A DNA stretch of 64,000 bases from NCBI GenBank assembly GCA_963755715.1, contig CAVWLW010000002.1, positions 39,345 through 103,344 of the forward strand, given 5' to 3'. Origin of the DNA: an uncultured delta proteobacterium. Lineage in GTDB: Bacteria > Desulfobacterota > Binatia > UBA9968. Shown here piece by piece: positions 1 to 9,538 of the stretch. Position numbers and translations under genes: made by a program. Within the stretch, counting starts at the first letter, position 1. Each line of letters starts with the position of its first letter. The notes below the pieces were generated by a model. The model saw only the letters and a program-made list of their open reading frames with translations, had not been told where the DNA came from and searched no databases.

Positions 1-252
1 GCGCCATTCCAAAACCTCCATTTGACGGATGCCACGGGCATGGTGCGGATCGCGCGCCGCGAGCGCTTTAGCTTCATCTAGACTCGTTGCTAACATGACG
101 TAGATGCCGTAAGCGCCGTCGGTGGTCGGTCCCGAGAAGAGCAGGCGGCCGGCCCGATGCTGATCATCGAGCCATTGCCGGTGCGCTTCATAATTGCTCT
201 GTTTGTCCGCTTCCTTTTCCGCCAATGAACGTGACATGACGAGGTACCACAT
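1..252 (-). CDS. YciI-like protein (runs off window start)
   Basis: Read manually, not in the ORF track. AAGGAG RBS, ATG at 252, MWYLVMSRS...YEAHRQWLDDQHRAGRLLFSGPTTDGAYGIYVM...EAKALAARDP matches the YciI pattern H-x3-L...G-x-L-x-x-S-G-P...D-P. Confidence 0.75.
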   Translation of the reverse strand, partial: MWYLVMSRSLAEKEADKQSNYEAHRQWLDDQHRAGRLLFSGPTTDGAYGIYVMLATSLDEAKALAARDPHHARGIRQMEVLEWR

Positions 253-411
253 GGTTTATCTCCTTGTTGAATTTACCGCCGCTAAATTTATGCGCCCATC
301 GTATCGGGTGCGGCACAAATTTGCCACTTGCGCAGCGGCTTGGCCGGCGATACAAGCTTGGGCAAATGGCGTCCACTTCGTCCCTGACAAACGATAAAAG
401 ATCGATCATAG

Positions 412-1659
412 ATGCTTAGTCGCGCAGAGAACGAGCTCTTGACCCAAGTTGGATCGGGCACGCCGATGGGCGCGCTGATGCGCTATTATTGGCTTCCCGC
501 GCTTTTGTCAGAGGAAATCGCGACGCCCGATTGTCCGCCTGTTCGGGTGCGTCTTTTGGGCGAAGATCTAATTGCCTTTCGAGATTCCCAGGGCCGGGTG
601 GGTTTGCTCGGCGAACACTGCGCCCATCGCGGCACGTCGTTGTTTTACGGCCGTAACGAAGAGTGCGGCTTAACTTGCATTTATCACGGTTGGAAATATG
701 ACGTGGACGGCAACGTCTTGGAGACGCCCGCCGAGCCGCGCGATCGCGATTTCAAGAAAAAGCTCCGTCATACCGCCTACCCATGCAAAGAAATCGCCGG
801 CATCGTTTTCACTTACATGGGGCCGGCGGAAAAGCTGCCGTTGTTGCCACGCTACGAGTGGGTCGGTCTGGCACCCGAACAGGTTTGCCCGGTCAAATCC
901 TATCTCGAGTGCAATTATCTCCAGGGCATCGAGGGTGACTTCGATTCATCGCACACGTCATTTCTGCACAAAAATGATTTGCAAAATGCCGCGCGCTTGA
1001 AGCGCGACGGCGCGCCGATGTTGGATGCAGAGGAGACCCCTTACGGTATGCGCGCGATCTCGATTCGAAAAGTTGGCACAGAGCAGATTTATATTCGTAC
1101 CAGCCCTTACATTCTGCCGTGTTTCAGCATCGTGCCCGGACCGCCGACGGCGAAATTCGAAGACGATGATATTCGCGGCTTCAGATTCTGGGTGCCGATC
1201 GACGACCGGACGACTTGGCTTTATATCTTGAACATGCGCAATAAGGCGTTTACAGCGGAGGAGCGAAAAAGCCTGCGCAGTTGGATTGGCGCCGACTACC
1301 GAAGAATTCGCAACGCGGCAAACAATTATCTGCGGAACCCCGAACTGCAAAGAACGACGAGTTATACCGGTATCGAGGCGGTCAACCCGGCGGAGCAGGA
1401 CGGTTGCGCAACGGAGAGCATGGGCGTGATTTGCGATCGCAGCAAAGAACACCTCGGTTACAGCGACAAGACAATCATCGCGCTGCGTAAGATGCTTTTG
1501 GCTGCGGTAAACGATTTGCAGCAGGGGAAGGAGCCGCGGCACATCGTGCGCGATCCGGCGATGAATGATTTTTCCCGCTTGCGCTCGATCAAGGGCGTCT
1601 TGCCGGCGGAGACGGACTGGCGGAAGCTCATGGAAGGGTTGGGGCCGAACGAGGGGTAA
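412..1659 (+). CDS. Rieske non-heme iron oxygenase alpha subunit, phthalate 4,5-dioxygenase/LigX-like
   Basis: Rieske motif C-A-H...C-I-Y-H-G-W, mononuclear Fe motif DSSHTSFLH, typical N-terminus (ENELLTQVGSGTPMGALMRYYW) and C-terminal EHLGYSD. Confidence 0.9.
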   Translation: MLSRAENELLTQVGSGTPMGALMRYYWLPALLSEEIATPDCPPVRVRLLGEDLIAFRDSQGRVGLLGEHCAHRGTSLFYGRNEECGLTCIYHGWKYDVDGNVLETPAEPRDRDFKKKLRHTAYPCKEIAGIVFTYMGPAEKLPLLPRYEWVGLAPEQVCPVKSYLECNYLQGIEGDFDSSHTSFLHKNDLQNAARLKRDGAPMLDAEETPYGMRAISIRKVGTEQIYIRTSPYILPCFSIVPGPPTAKFEDDDIRGFRFWVPIDDRTTWLYILNMRNKAFTAEERKSLRSWIGADYRRIRNAANNYLRNPELQRTTSYTGIEAVNPAEQDGCATESMGVICDRSKEHLGYSDKTIIALRKMLLAAVNDLQQGKEPRHIVRDPAMNDFSRLRSIKGVLPAETDWRKLMEGLGPNEG

Positions 1660-1675
1660 TAAATCATATCCGGGT

Positions 1676-1712
1676 TCCAGCCGTTCAAAATGTTCAAATA
1701 GTTCAAATCGTT
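1676..1712. repeat. GTTCAA-type short tandem repeat
   Basis: gttccagccgttcaaaatgttcaaatagttcaaatcgtt. The same 9-nt-period family occurs near 39270, 43580, 50280, 55765 and 62104. Confidence 0.6.
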
Positions 1713-1759
1713 GTACGGAAGTATTACCGATTGATGGAAAGAAGAAGTTTAGTGACACC

Positions 1760-2815
1760 GTGAAACAGGGGAAAACTAAGATTCGTCGTGCGATCGTCAT
1801 TGTGGCTTTTGTGGCGCTGTTCGGTAGCGGTGCGCCTTCGGTGACCGCCCAGCCGCTGCACAAAACGGTGGCGATGATCGGGGCGCGAAGCGGCGCTTCG
1901 TGGCCGTTGTGGATCGCCAAGGAATCGCGTCTCTACGCCAAGTACGGTCTTGACGTCGAGCTAGTTTACGCGGTTCATCCGGCGCCGATCGCGGCTGTTA
2001 TTACCGGCCAGGCGGCGATGACTTCTTCGGGCAGCGATCCAGCCTTGCTCGCAGTCGCGAAAGATCCTTCTCTCGTCGTGCTCGGCGGATTTATGAACAA
2101 AGGCTCCTTCGCGCTGATCGGGTCAAAGAGCGCCACTGATATGAAACAGCTGGCGGGGAAGAAGATCGGCATCGGCCGGGTCGGCGATCCGCCGTACCAC
2201 ATGGCGGTGAGTTTGCTGCGAAAGCACGGCTATACGGCGCGCGACGTGCAGTGGGTTTCCGTGGGTGTCGATGCCGCGACACGCGCGGCTGCGCTGCAAA
2301 GCGGCCAGATCGACGCGGCTTTGATCACCGCGCCGGCCTATTTTCGGCTCCAGGCCGCCGGCTTGCCGGTGTTGGCCACGTTGATGGATTACGACGACAT
2401 CTACGTCTCGACGTATTATCTGTTCCGGCGCGATGCCCTGACCAAAGAGCGCCCGACCGCGATCGCGTTTATCAAGGCTCACGCCGAAGCGATCAAAAGA
2501 TTCTACGACGACAGAGCTTTTGCGACCGAGACCATGATCAAATACGGCGGTACTCGCAATATCGACGATGCCAATCGAGTATACGAACTCTTTCGCAAGG
2601 CGCGCGTGCTGGAGCCGATCCCGTTTGCGCTCAAAGGTTCGGTGGACGCCGTTGTCGAGCGGCAGGGCCAAGAGCTCAAAGGGGTCGATTTCAGTAAAAT
2701 GATCGACAACAGTTTGGTCGACCAGTTGGTCAAAGAAAAATATTTCGAAACTGTTTTCGGACCGCCGATACGCGACGAGCAGCTGCGCAAACAGGCTCAG
2801 GCGTTCGGCAAGTAA
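1760..2815 (+). CDS. NitT/TauT (SsuA/THI5-like) ABC substrate-binding protein
   Basis: Signal peptide, PLWIAKE..LY.KYGLDVELV, L.GKKIGI. Start trimmed to GTG 1760 within ORF 1565-2815. Confidence 0.85.
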   Translation: MKQGKTKIRRAIVIVAFVALFGSGAPSVTAQPLHKTVAMIGARSGASWPLWIAKESRLYAKYGLDVELVYAVHPAPIAAVITGQAAMTSSGSDPALLAVAKDPSLVVLGGFMNKGSFALIGSKSATDMKQLAGKKIGIGRVGDPPYHMAVSLLRKHGYTARDVQWVSVGVDAATRAAALQSGQIDAALITAPAYFRLQAAGLPVLATLMDYDDIYVSTYYLFRRDALTKERPTAIAFIKAHAEAIKRFYDDRAFATETMIKYGGTRNIDDANRVYELFRKARVLEPIPFALKGSVDAVVERQGQELKGVDFSKMIDNSLVDQLVKEKYFETVFGPPIRDEQLRKQAQAFGK

Positions 2816-2873
2816 TCGTGAATTGTCGACGTCCGACAACGCGGCGGCTCGGCGAATTCCTTGATTCTACCCT

Positions 2874-3872
2874 TTACTTTTTCTGCAGCGACTTGAAGAA
2901 TCCCTGCTTATCCAGCTCGCGCAAGATATCTTCATTGACGAACTCCTGCGCCTTTTTTCCTTTCGCGTCGGCGCGACTGTTCGCCAGGTCGTCGACGGCG
3001 ACTTGGACGCCGGACAGTTCGGTATAGGGCGGAAAGGAAATCCGCGGCGCGTAACTCCGGTAAGCGCTTTCGAGCAGACCTTTGTCCTGCGTGCGCATCC
3101 ACTTCGACAGGCTCTTTTGTCCGAGCACGGGATCGCTTTTGAAAATATAAATCGCCTCGCTGATCCCCTGGAGAAAACCGCGCACAACACTGCGCTTGGT
3201 GTTTTGCAAGGTCCTGGACGTCAGCAAGCTTACCGTCGCAAACGAATCCTCCAGATCGCCAAGGTCGAGCAAGACCGGCATGCCCGCCGCTTTCGCCCGG
3301 TCGACGAAAGCGCCGGTAAGCACCGTCGCGTCGATCAGGCCGTTTTGCAGCGCGGTGAAGCGATCGCGGCTGCCGCCGCTGCGCACCAGCATGATACTTT
3401 TCTCGTCGATGCCCCAGTGCCTGAGCGCGGTGGCAACGACGATCTGATTCAATCCGATGACGGACAGGACGCCGATCTTTTTGCCGCGCAATTCCTGTGG
3501 CGAGCGGATGCCTGGCCGAGCGACGACGCTGTAAGTGTGTTTGTTGAAATAAGTGCCGATAATGATGATATCGGCGCCGGAAAGATCCGCGGCGATATGC
3601 GGCTGCGGCGCGACGACGTCGAACTGTATCTCGCCGCCGGTCAGCGCGTTGGCCGATTCCGCGCCACCGCGGAAAAGAATCGGCTCTAGATTCACACCGT
3701 ATTTCTTGAATAGACCGAGATCGACGCCGAGCCAGAGGGGCACTTGGTAGCCGGAAATGCCGCTGTAACCGGCGCGCACTCGCTCCTGTGCATGGGTCGG
3801 TGCAGCGCTGTAGAACGCGGCGACTAGCAGCAAACTTGGCAATAGAAATCTAGTAGTTAGTAATCGACTCAT
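2874..3872 (-). CDS. NitT/TauT ABC substrate-binding protein
   Basis: MSRLLTTRF signal peptide, PLWLGVDLGLFKKYGV, ELRGKKIG, C-terminal ELDKQGFF. Confidence 0.85.
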   Translation of the reverse strand: MSRLLTTRFLLPSLLLVAAFYSAAPTHAQERVRAGYSGISGYQVPLWLGVDLGLFKKYGVNLEPILFRGGAESANALTGGEIQFDVVAPQPHIAADLSGADIIIIGTYFNKHTYSVVARPGIRSPQELRGKKIGVLSVIGLNQIVVATALRHWGIDEKSIMLVRSGGSRDRFTALQNGLIDATVLTGAFVDRAKAAGMPVLLDLGDLEDSFATVSLLTSRTLQNTKRSVVRGFLQGISEAIYIFKSDPVLGQKSLSKWMRTQDKGLLESAYRSYAPRISFPPYTELSGVQVAVDDLANSRADAKGKKAQEFVNEDILRELDKQGFFKSLQKK

Positions 3873-3906
3873 CTGCGCTCGCGGATCTGAGCCCAATCCC
3901 TCCAGC

Positions 3907-4747
3907 TTATTCAGCCAGCGGCCAGCGCAGCCAGTTCGCGAGAGCTCGGCCCATGATCCACTCTTTGTCTTGCGCGGAAAGAAAATCCAGCTCTTCGGTG
4001 AACAATGTGACGGCTTGACGGTAGCTGCAGGGCATCTGCGACAGGTCGGTGCCCCAGAAAATTCTTTGCGGACCGAACGCGTCGACAACGCGACGGATCT
4101 GCGGATGCAGTGTTGGAAACGGATAGGGCTCGGCGACATAGCAGGGTAGGCAGGAAGCTTTGACTCCGACATTTTTCATGCGCGCGAAATTGAGCAAGAC
4201 ATCGATGCCGGGCCCTAAGTCTTTGCCCTTCCACTGAACGTTCAGTCCCATGTGGTCGACGATCACGCGCAGGCCGGGATGGCGCTCCGCGATCGCGCCG
4301 ATCTTGGCTACCGCGAAAGGCGCGAAGATCATGACCGGGATATCGTAACGCTCGCAGTCGGCCCAGAACCAATCCGCCGTGCCATCGTCGAGAAACGAGT
4401 GCGTGCCGCTGTGGCGAAAGCTGATGCGGAAGCCGAGCATGCCCGGCTGCTGGAGCCATGACGCGATTCGATCCTTGCTCGCTGGATCGTTGAGCGGCAC
4501 TTTCCCCATGACCGCGAAGCGGTCGGGATATTTCTGCGCTGCTTCGAGCGCGTAATCGTTGCGGTAACCTTCCCATGACGGAGGTACGAGGATCACGCGA
4601 TCGACGCCGGCGATTTTCATTTCTTCCAACAAACGATCGTAGGTCAGTGGGATCGGATCGGTGCGGTTTGGAAGCGTCTTCTTTGATGTAAGGTCGTTCC
4701 GCTGTCTCCGGCGGCCAGATGTGGACTTGGGCGTCAATGATGGTCAT
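3907..4747 (-). CDS. Amidohydrolase_2 family protein (LigI/L-fuconolactonase-like); frameshift near 4660
   Basis: N-terminal IIDAQVHIW in ORF 3911-4747 joins the body in ORF 3907-4737 (VIVDHMG, FGPQRIFWGTD). Confidence 0.8.
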
Positions 4748-4752
4748 GAGAA

Positions 4753-4785
4753 GGCATTAGTCAATAGGCATCAGGCAATAGTCAA
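4753..4785. repeat. GGCAATA-type heptamer tandem repeat
   Basis: aggcattagtcaataggcatcaggcaatagtcaat. The same family occurs at 9448-9495 and, inverted, at 32661-32690. Confidence 0.55.
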
Positions 4786-4814
4786 TCCGGGATTTCGAAA
4801 CAAGGATCGGCTTG

Positions 4815-5819
4815 TTATTTGCCGCTGTTGACCTGGCGCACAAAACGGTCGTCGAAAAATTGCGCGGGTTTGGCGGTTTTCGCTTCCGGTATCGATTCGG
4901 AGAGAAAATCCAAGATTCCTTGAAGACCCGGTTCAGACGTCACGAGCTCGCGGCGGAAGCCGGCTTTCTTATAAAACTCATAACTGCGGTCGAGCACATC
5001 GTGATCGGTCTCTTTAGCGTATTTGCCGATCACTTTCATGGCAAAAGCTTTGTCGGCGTAGTAGCGCTCGACACCCGCGCGGACTGCGCGCAGCAGCGGG
5101 ACGAGGCGAGATCCGAGCTCGTCCATGCGACCTCGCCGGACGACAAGGCCGACGTTTTGATAGGGCACATCCAGCAGGCTCACAAGTGAATGAAATCCAT
5201 CACGCTCCAATTTAAAGCTGGCGGGCGGCGAGCCGACGCCGCCGGCGATTTGACCGGCGTAAAACGCCGCGACGATTTGCGGACTGCTGCCGAGCGGGCG
5301 CAGTTGAACGTCCTTGGGGGTGAGGCCCATTTTCTTCAGTGCGACAAGCGTTCCGTAGGCGACCGGGGTTGCCGGGCGATCGGTGCCGATGATTTTGCCT
5401 TTGAGCTGCTCGACGTTCTTGATTTCCGGGCGCGCGTAAAAATCCCAGATCATCGTGTTCAACAGACCGGCGACGAACACGACGTCGATGCCGCGTAGAG
5501 ATGCGGTGAGCACCGGTGCCGCGGAGACCTCGACGACGTCAATTTCGTTGGCAATCAGTGCAGGGATGGCACTGCTGGAAGACATGGAAAGAACTTCCGT
5601 GTCCAGCGCTTCTCTTGCGAACCCGCCGCTATCCTTGGCCATCCAAACCGGCGCCATGGTTGCCGAAGTGCTCAGATAAGCGACGCGCAGAGGCCGGGCG
5701 CCACGCGTGGTCGCTTGCGCCTGGCTTGCGCTTGGCGCGATTAAGAACATAACCGTAAACAGGAGGCCTGCGTGAAGCCAGGCCGCGCCGAGGTAATCGG
5801 TGGAGACGTTAAACCGCAT
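4815..5819 (-). CDS. NitT/TauT ABC substrate-binding protein
   Basis: APVWMAKDSGGF, QLKGKIIG, C-terminal FFDDRFV; GAGG RBS. Confidence 0.85.
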   Translation of the reverse strand: MRFNVSTDYLGAAWLHAGLLFTVMFLIAPSASQAQATTRGARPLRVAYLSTSATMAPVWMAKDSGGFAREALDTEVLSMSSSSAIPALIANEIDVVEVSAAPVLTASLRGIDVVFVAGLLNTMIWDFYARPEIKNVEQLKGKIIGTDRPATPVAYGTLVALKKMGLTPKDVQLRPLGSSPQIVAAFYAGQIAGGVGSPPASFKLERDGFHSLVSLLDVPYQNVGLVVRRGRMDELGSRLVPLLRAVRAGVERYYADKAFAMKVIGKYAKETDHDVLDRSYEFYKKAGFRRELVTSEPGLQGILDFLSESIPEAKTAKPAQFFDDRFVRQVNSGK

Positions 5820-6177
5820 TGGAGCACCTCGCGATAGACAGACCCGATCTCAATCAATTCAATTGCGGGTAAAATAGGCAGATCATTCGGTAGCGTCAAG
5901 GCAAAATCCACTGTCAAGGCGAATGAACCGCCCTCTTGATAGGACGCTCAAAGTGCACAGGGGACAATAATGTGCGGATTTTTGGTCAGAATAACGGTGA
6001 AAACGCCCCCAGCGATCGAGTTTTTCGCTGCGGGCGCGGCGGTTCGGACCTTGCTGTTCTATCGAGAAGAAAATGATTGGATCGATCCGAGGAAAAACAT
6101 TAGTAAACGAATCTGCACTTCATACGTCTACTCATCATGTCTGCCGCGGCGTTTAAAATTTAGTTAGGAGGCAGCTT

Positions 6178-6339
6178 ATGAAGGGGTTACCGGCTACATT
6201 ATTGGCATTGGTTTTCGCGTTCTTCTCGTTACTCTCGCTGCTCATGACGCCACAAGATTCGGACAGGAGGATAGCGCTCTCGCCGGACAGCTCCGCGAGG
6301 GTTTCTGAGATCGGTCTTCGCGTCACGTTTCAGCGATAA
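6178..6339 (+). CDS. Small (53 aa) membrane-anchored or secreted protein
   Basis: AGGAGG RBS 6 nt before ATG; MKGLPATLLALVFAFFSLLSLLMTPQDSDRRIALSPDSSARVSEIGLRVTFQR*. Below the ORF-track cutoff. Confidence 0.55.
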   Translation: MKGLPATLLALVFAFFSLLSLLMTPQDSDRRIALSPDSSARVSEIGLRVTFQR

Positions 6340-6416
6340 TTCTTGAACTCGCGGTTTGACACCAGGCTCTGGTTCGATCTCCGGCCCATCAACAACACTG
6401 GCCGCGAACACTTTTC

Positions 6417-6977
6417 TTACGGCGTCGCTCGCACGGCCGGGCGGTCGAGCAGACGTTGCATCCAGGCTTTCACGTGCGGCAGATCGCTGCCGATCGTCGT
6501 TTGGTAGCGCTGCAAGCGGCAGAAGAACGGGATGTAAGTAATATCCGCTAAAGAATACTCGCCGGCGAGGTATTCCCTCTCGCGCATTTCTTGATTCAAG
6601 GTCGTGAGATAACCGCGCACCTTTTCTTTCGACTTCTCCACCTCATGATCGTGAGCAATATATCCGCCGGCTTGCTGTAAGCGCGTATTGCAGTAATCGA
6701 TCCAGATGCGCGCTCGCGCCCGTTGCAGAGGGTCGCGTGGCAAGAGCGGAACCTGCGGATATTTTTCTTCCAGATATTCGTCGATGATCGCCGATTCGTA
6801 GATGACGCCGTCGCCATCGACCAGCACCGGCACTTTAGCGTATGGATTCAGTCTCAGGAGGTCTTCCGGTTTGTTGCTGAGGTCGCACTCGATGAGTTCG
6901 TAGGAGAGTTTTTTCTCGGCCAGGACAAGCCTTGTCCTGTGGGCGTAGGGTCAAGGCTGGTAGGAATAAAGTTTCAT
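6417..6977 (-). CDS. Glutathione S-transferase family protein, probable selenoprotein (in-frame TGA at codon 9)
   Basis: AAGGAG RBS, then MKLYSYQP-TGA-PYAHRTRLVLAEKKL...LNPYAKVPVLVDG...YESAIIDEYLEE, all in frame with ORF 6417-6833. TGA at 6951-6953. Confidence 0.85.
6921..6939 (-). promoter_or_regulatory. Putative bacterial SECIS hairpin
   Basis: Minus-strand CAGGACAA-GGC-TTGTCCTG: a perfect 8-bp stem with a G-starting loop, beginning 11 nt 3' of the in-frame UGA. Confidence 0.7.
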
Positions 6978-6995
6978 GGCTTGCTCCTTTTCATT

Positions 6996-7370
6996 TTACT
7001 TGTCGTTGGCGAAACGTTTGGTGTTAATGACCGCACGTCTATGATTACCGGCGCCGATCTTGATCCCCTGGTCGTTAATCGCTGAGACGGAGTAGCGTAT
7101 TTTGTTGTCCTTGACTTCAGTCAACTCGGCCGTGATTGTAACGCTCTGGCCAATTCTTGTCGGCGCCAAATGGTAGACGTCCACGTGGATGCCGACAGTT
7201 TGCTCGTTTTCATCGAGATGCGGTTCCGTGAGATCGACGCAGGTCCGCTCCATGAGTCCGATCATCGCCGGTGTCGAGAAGACGTCGTTCTCGAGCTGGC
7301 TCGCGCGCATCGCCATAGTCGTGACGTAAGTCGCGGTTCGAGTGAGGCCGGATGCCAGACTGCTTTTCAT
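6996..7370 (-). CDS. FlK-like (fluoroacetyl-CoA) hotdog thioesterase
   Basis: VFSTPAMIGLME...TVG.HVDVYHLAPT (Thr/Glu/His triad), G.H.RAVI. Confidence 0.85.
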   Translation of the reverse strand: MKSSLASGLTRTATYVTTMAMRASQLENDVFSTPAMIGLMERTCVDLTEPHLDENEQTVGIHVDVYHLAPTRIGQSVTITAELTEVKDNKIRYSVSAINDQGIKIGAGNHRRAVINTKRFANDK

Positions 7371-7513
7371 GAAAAGAATATACGGGAGAGCGGAGGCCTG
7401 GCGCAACTCCGAGCAATGCACGGGGTCTGTTACGTGGGGTCTGGCGCTTGATTTTCACCTCTTGCTTCTGCCTTTTGAATTCCTGGCTAGGATTATATTA
7501 GCGCCGAGTCAAA

Positions 7514-8149
7514 TCAGTACAAACCGGGAATCAATCGATAACGTACCGCAGCCATGTAGTTACGATAGATCTCATCCTGAGCGAGTAATCGCTCTTCGAA
7601 TCTGATGCGCCACATCATCAAAACGACGCCGGCGAGAACCACGCTGCTATTGTAAAGGCTCGGATGGCGCATGAGGGTGCCAAGCGCCGCGACTATGTAG
7701 GAAAGATAAATAGGATGACGCACGAAGCGATACACGCCGGAGGTTCGGATATCTCGAAGAGAGGGCAGCACAGCGAAGCTGCGGCCCAAGCACTGGATGG
7801 AAATGATCGTTGTTATTGAGCCGATGGCAGTGACCACGCCACCCACGAAACCAAGCACGGCCGAAGACGTCGGCTTGACATCGAAGGCGAGAAAGTAAAT
7901 CAGCGATAACAACGTGACCAGGATTTCCAGCGGGCGTTTGGTTGAGTACCGCGCCGGTTGACGGATGGCGAAGATGTAAGCGCATTGGATGTGAAGAGCC
8001 ACGAACAACCATATCGGGGTATACGCATCGGGTATGGCATAGCGCCAGGTAAAGACGGCCAATACCAGCGATAGGGCGACCCAGAGCAAATCGAGCTTGC
8101 GATGCTTAATTTCAAGCGATCTCGACATTGTCAATGATTGTGTAGGCAT
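7514..8149 (-). CDS. Isoprenylcysteine carboxyl methyltransferase/PEMT family membrane protein
   Basis: LGRSF, G.YRFVRHPIY, R..FEE..L, Y..Y...VRYRLIPGLY. Confidence 0.85.
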   Translation of the reverse strand: MPTQSLTMSRSLEIKHRKLDLLWVALSLVLAVFTWRYAIPDAYTPIWLFVALHIQCAYIFAIRQPARYSTKRPLEILVTLLSLIYFLAFDVKPTSSAVLGFVGGVVTAIGSITTIISIQCLGRSFAVLPSLRDIRTSGVYRFVRHPIYLSYIVAALGTLMRHPSLYNSSVVLAGVVLMMWRIRFEERLLAQDEIYRNYMAAVRYRLIPGLY

Positions 8150-8397
8150 GGCGGTCCCAATCCCGGATCTGAAACAATTTTACACTGTCACCCGGTTAGG
8201 GAGAAGAATAAAGTAGTCAAGCGAAATCGGCAGGCTTGAATCGCCATCGTTCGTTCAAGCCCTCAGCCTCGTTGAAGTTTAAGCATTGGATTCGGGGCGA
8301 GGAATCTAGCAATCGGATCTGGTCTCTTTAAACTCCGCGCTAGCTCACTATGACCCGGAAATCAATTCATGTTATGACATGAGAAAAATCCTTAGGA

Positions 8398-9447
8398 GTG
8401 AGCGAAATGTTATTACCCTTTCGTGAACATCTCGATTTCGGTCCGACGCCGTACGACCAATTGCAGGCAAAAGAAGGAATTCCGATCATCAAGGGCAACG
8501 TCGTCGCCGATGTGACGGCCTTGGAGCTCGGCAGATGGGAGCGCACGGGCGCGATGGGTTGCTATCTCAATCTTTCCAATCAGCAACTGACAGACGCCTA
8601 TGTGTGCGAGATTGCTCCCGGCGGCCAGACGTTGCCGCAGCGGCATCTGTTCGAGGAAATCATTTATGTCGCCAAGGGGCGCGGCGCGACTTCGGTTTGG
8701 CAGGAAGGCGCCGGCAAAGTCACCTTTGAATGGGCGCAGGGCGCGATCTTCGCGATTCCGCTGAACGCCTCGTACATTCACTACAACGGTTCGCGCGACG
8801 AACCAGTCCGCCTGTTTGCCGGCACGACTTGCCCGCGCATGATCAATATTTTTCACAACGAGGATTTCATCTTTCGCAATCCATTTAATTTTCGCGATCG
8901 CTTCCACGAAGGCGACGAGTTTTTGCGCTACAACAAGCACATGGCAGAGCGCTACTGGGAAACCAATTTGGTGCCGGACGTCAATCAATTCGCCCTCGAC
9001 GATTTTCCCATGAAAGGCAAAGGCGTTAAGCACATGCGCTTTACGCTCGCCGACACCACCTACGGCTGTCACGTCTCGGAGTTTCCGCCGGGCTGCCGCA
9101 GCACTTTTCATCGCCACGGCCCGGGCGCGGTGATCATCATTACGCAAGGCGAAGGTTACGTCGTGCTGTGGAAAGACGGCGAAGAACGGCAGCTCCATCA
9201 GTTTAAAGTCGGCACCGTCTATTCGCCAGACGATCTCATGTGGCACGGCCACTTCAATACCGGCAGCGGTGCCATGCGCCACTTTGCCATGCGCGGCGAC
9301 AGCCCGAAGTACAGCCATGACCGCTTTCGCAATCCGTTGTGGACGATGATCCCGATGGATGAAGAGCCGCCCGATATTCACCGCGAGTACGTCGATGTGC
9401 TCAAGGAAAAAGGCGTAAAAGCCGCGGTGTCGGTGGTGGAAGATTAA
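8398..9447 (+). CDS. Bicupin protein (gentisate dioxygenase-like fold)
   Basis: Two cupin motifs: QRHLFEE.IY...G.G and FHRHGPGA...WHGHFN. AGGAG upstream. Confidence 0.75.
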   Translation: MSEMLLPFREHLDFGPTPYDQLQAKEGIPIIKGNVVADVTALELGRWERTGAMGCYLNLSNQQLTDAYVCEIAPGGQTLPQRHLFEEIIYVAKGRGATSVWQEGAGKVTFEWAQGAIFAIPLNASYIHYNGSRDEPVRLFAGTTCPRMINIFHNEDFIFRNPFNFRDRFHEGDEFLRYNKHMAERYWETNLVPDVNQFALDDFPMKGKGVKHMRFTLADTTYGCHVSEFPPGCRSTFHRHGPGAVIIITQGEGYVVLWKDGEERQLHQFKVGTVYSPDDLMWHGHFNTGSGAMRHFAMRGDSPKYSHDRFRNPLWTMIPMDEEPPDIHREYVDVLKEKGVKAAVSVVED

Positions 9448-9538
9448 GCAGGCAATAGGACAATAGCCAATAGGCAACAGGGAAGAGGCAATACAAGAAA
9501 AATCATCGCCATAGACCAAGAGCGACGTAATTCTATGG

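Noticed and set aside
311-325. Sigma54 promoter CGGCACAAATTTGC
   Set aside because: GG-GC spacing is 9 nt, not the required 10.
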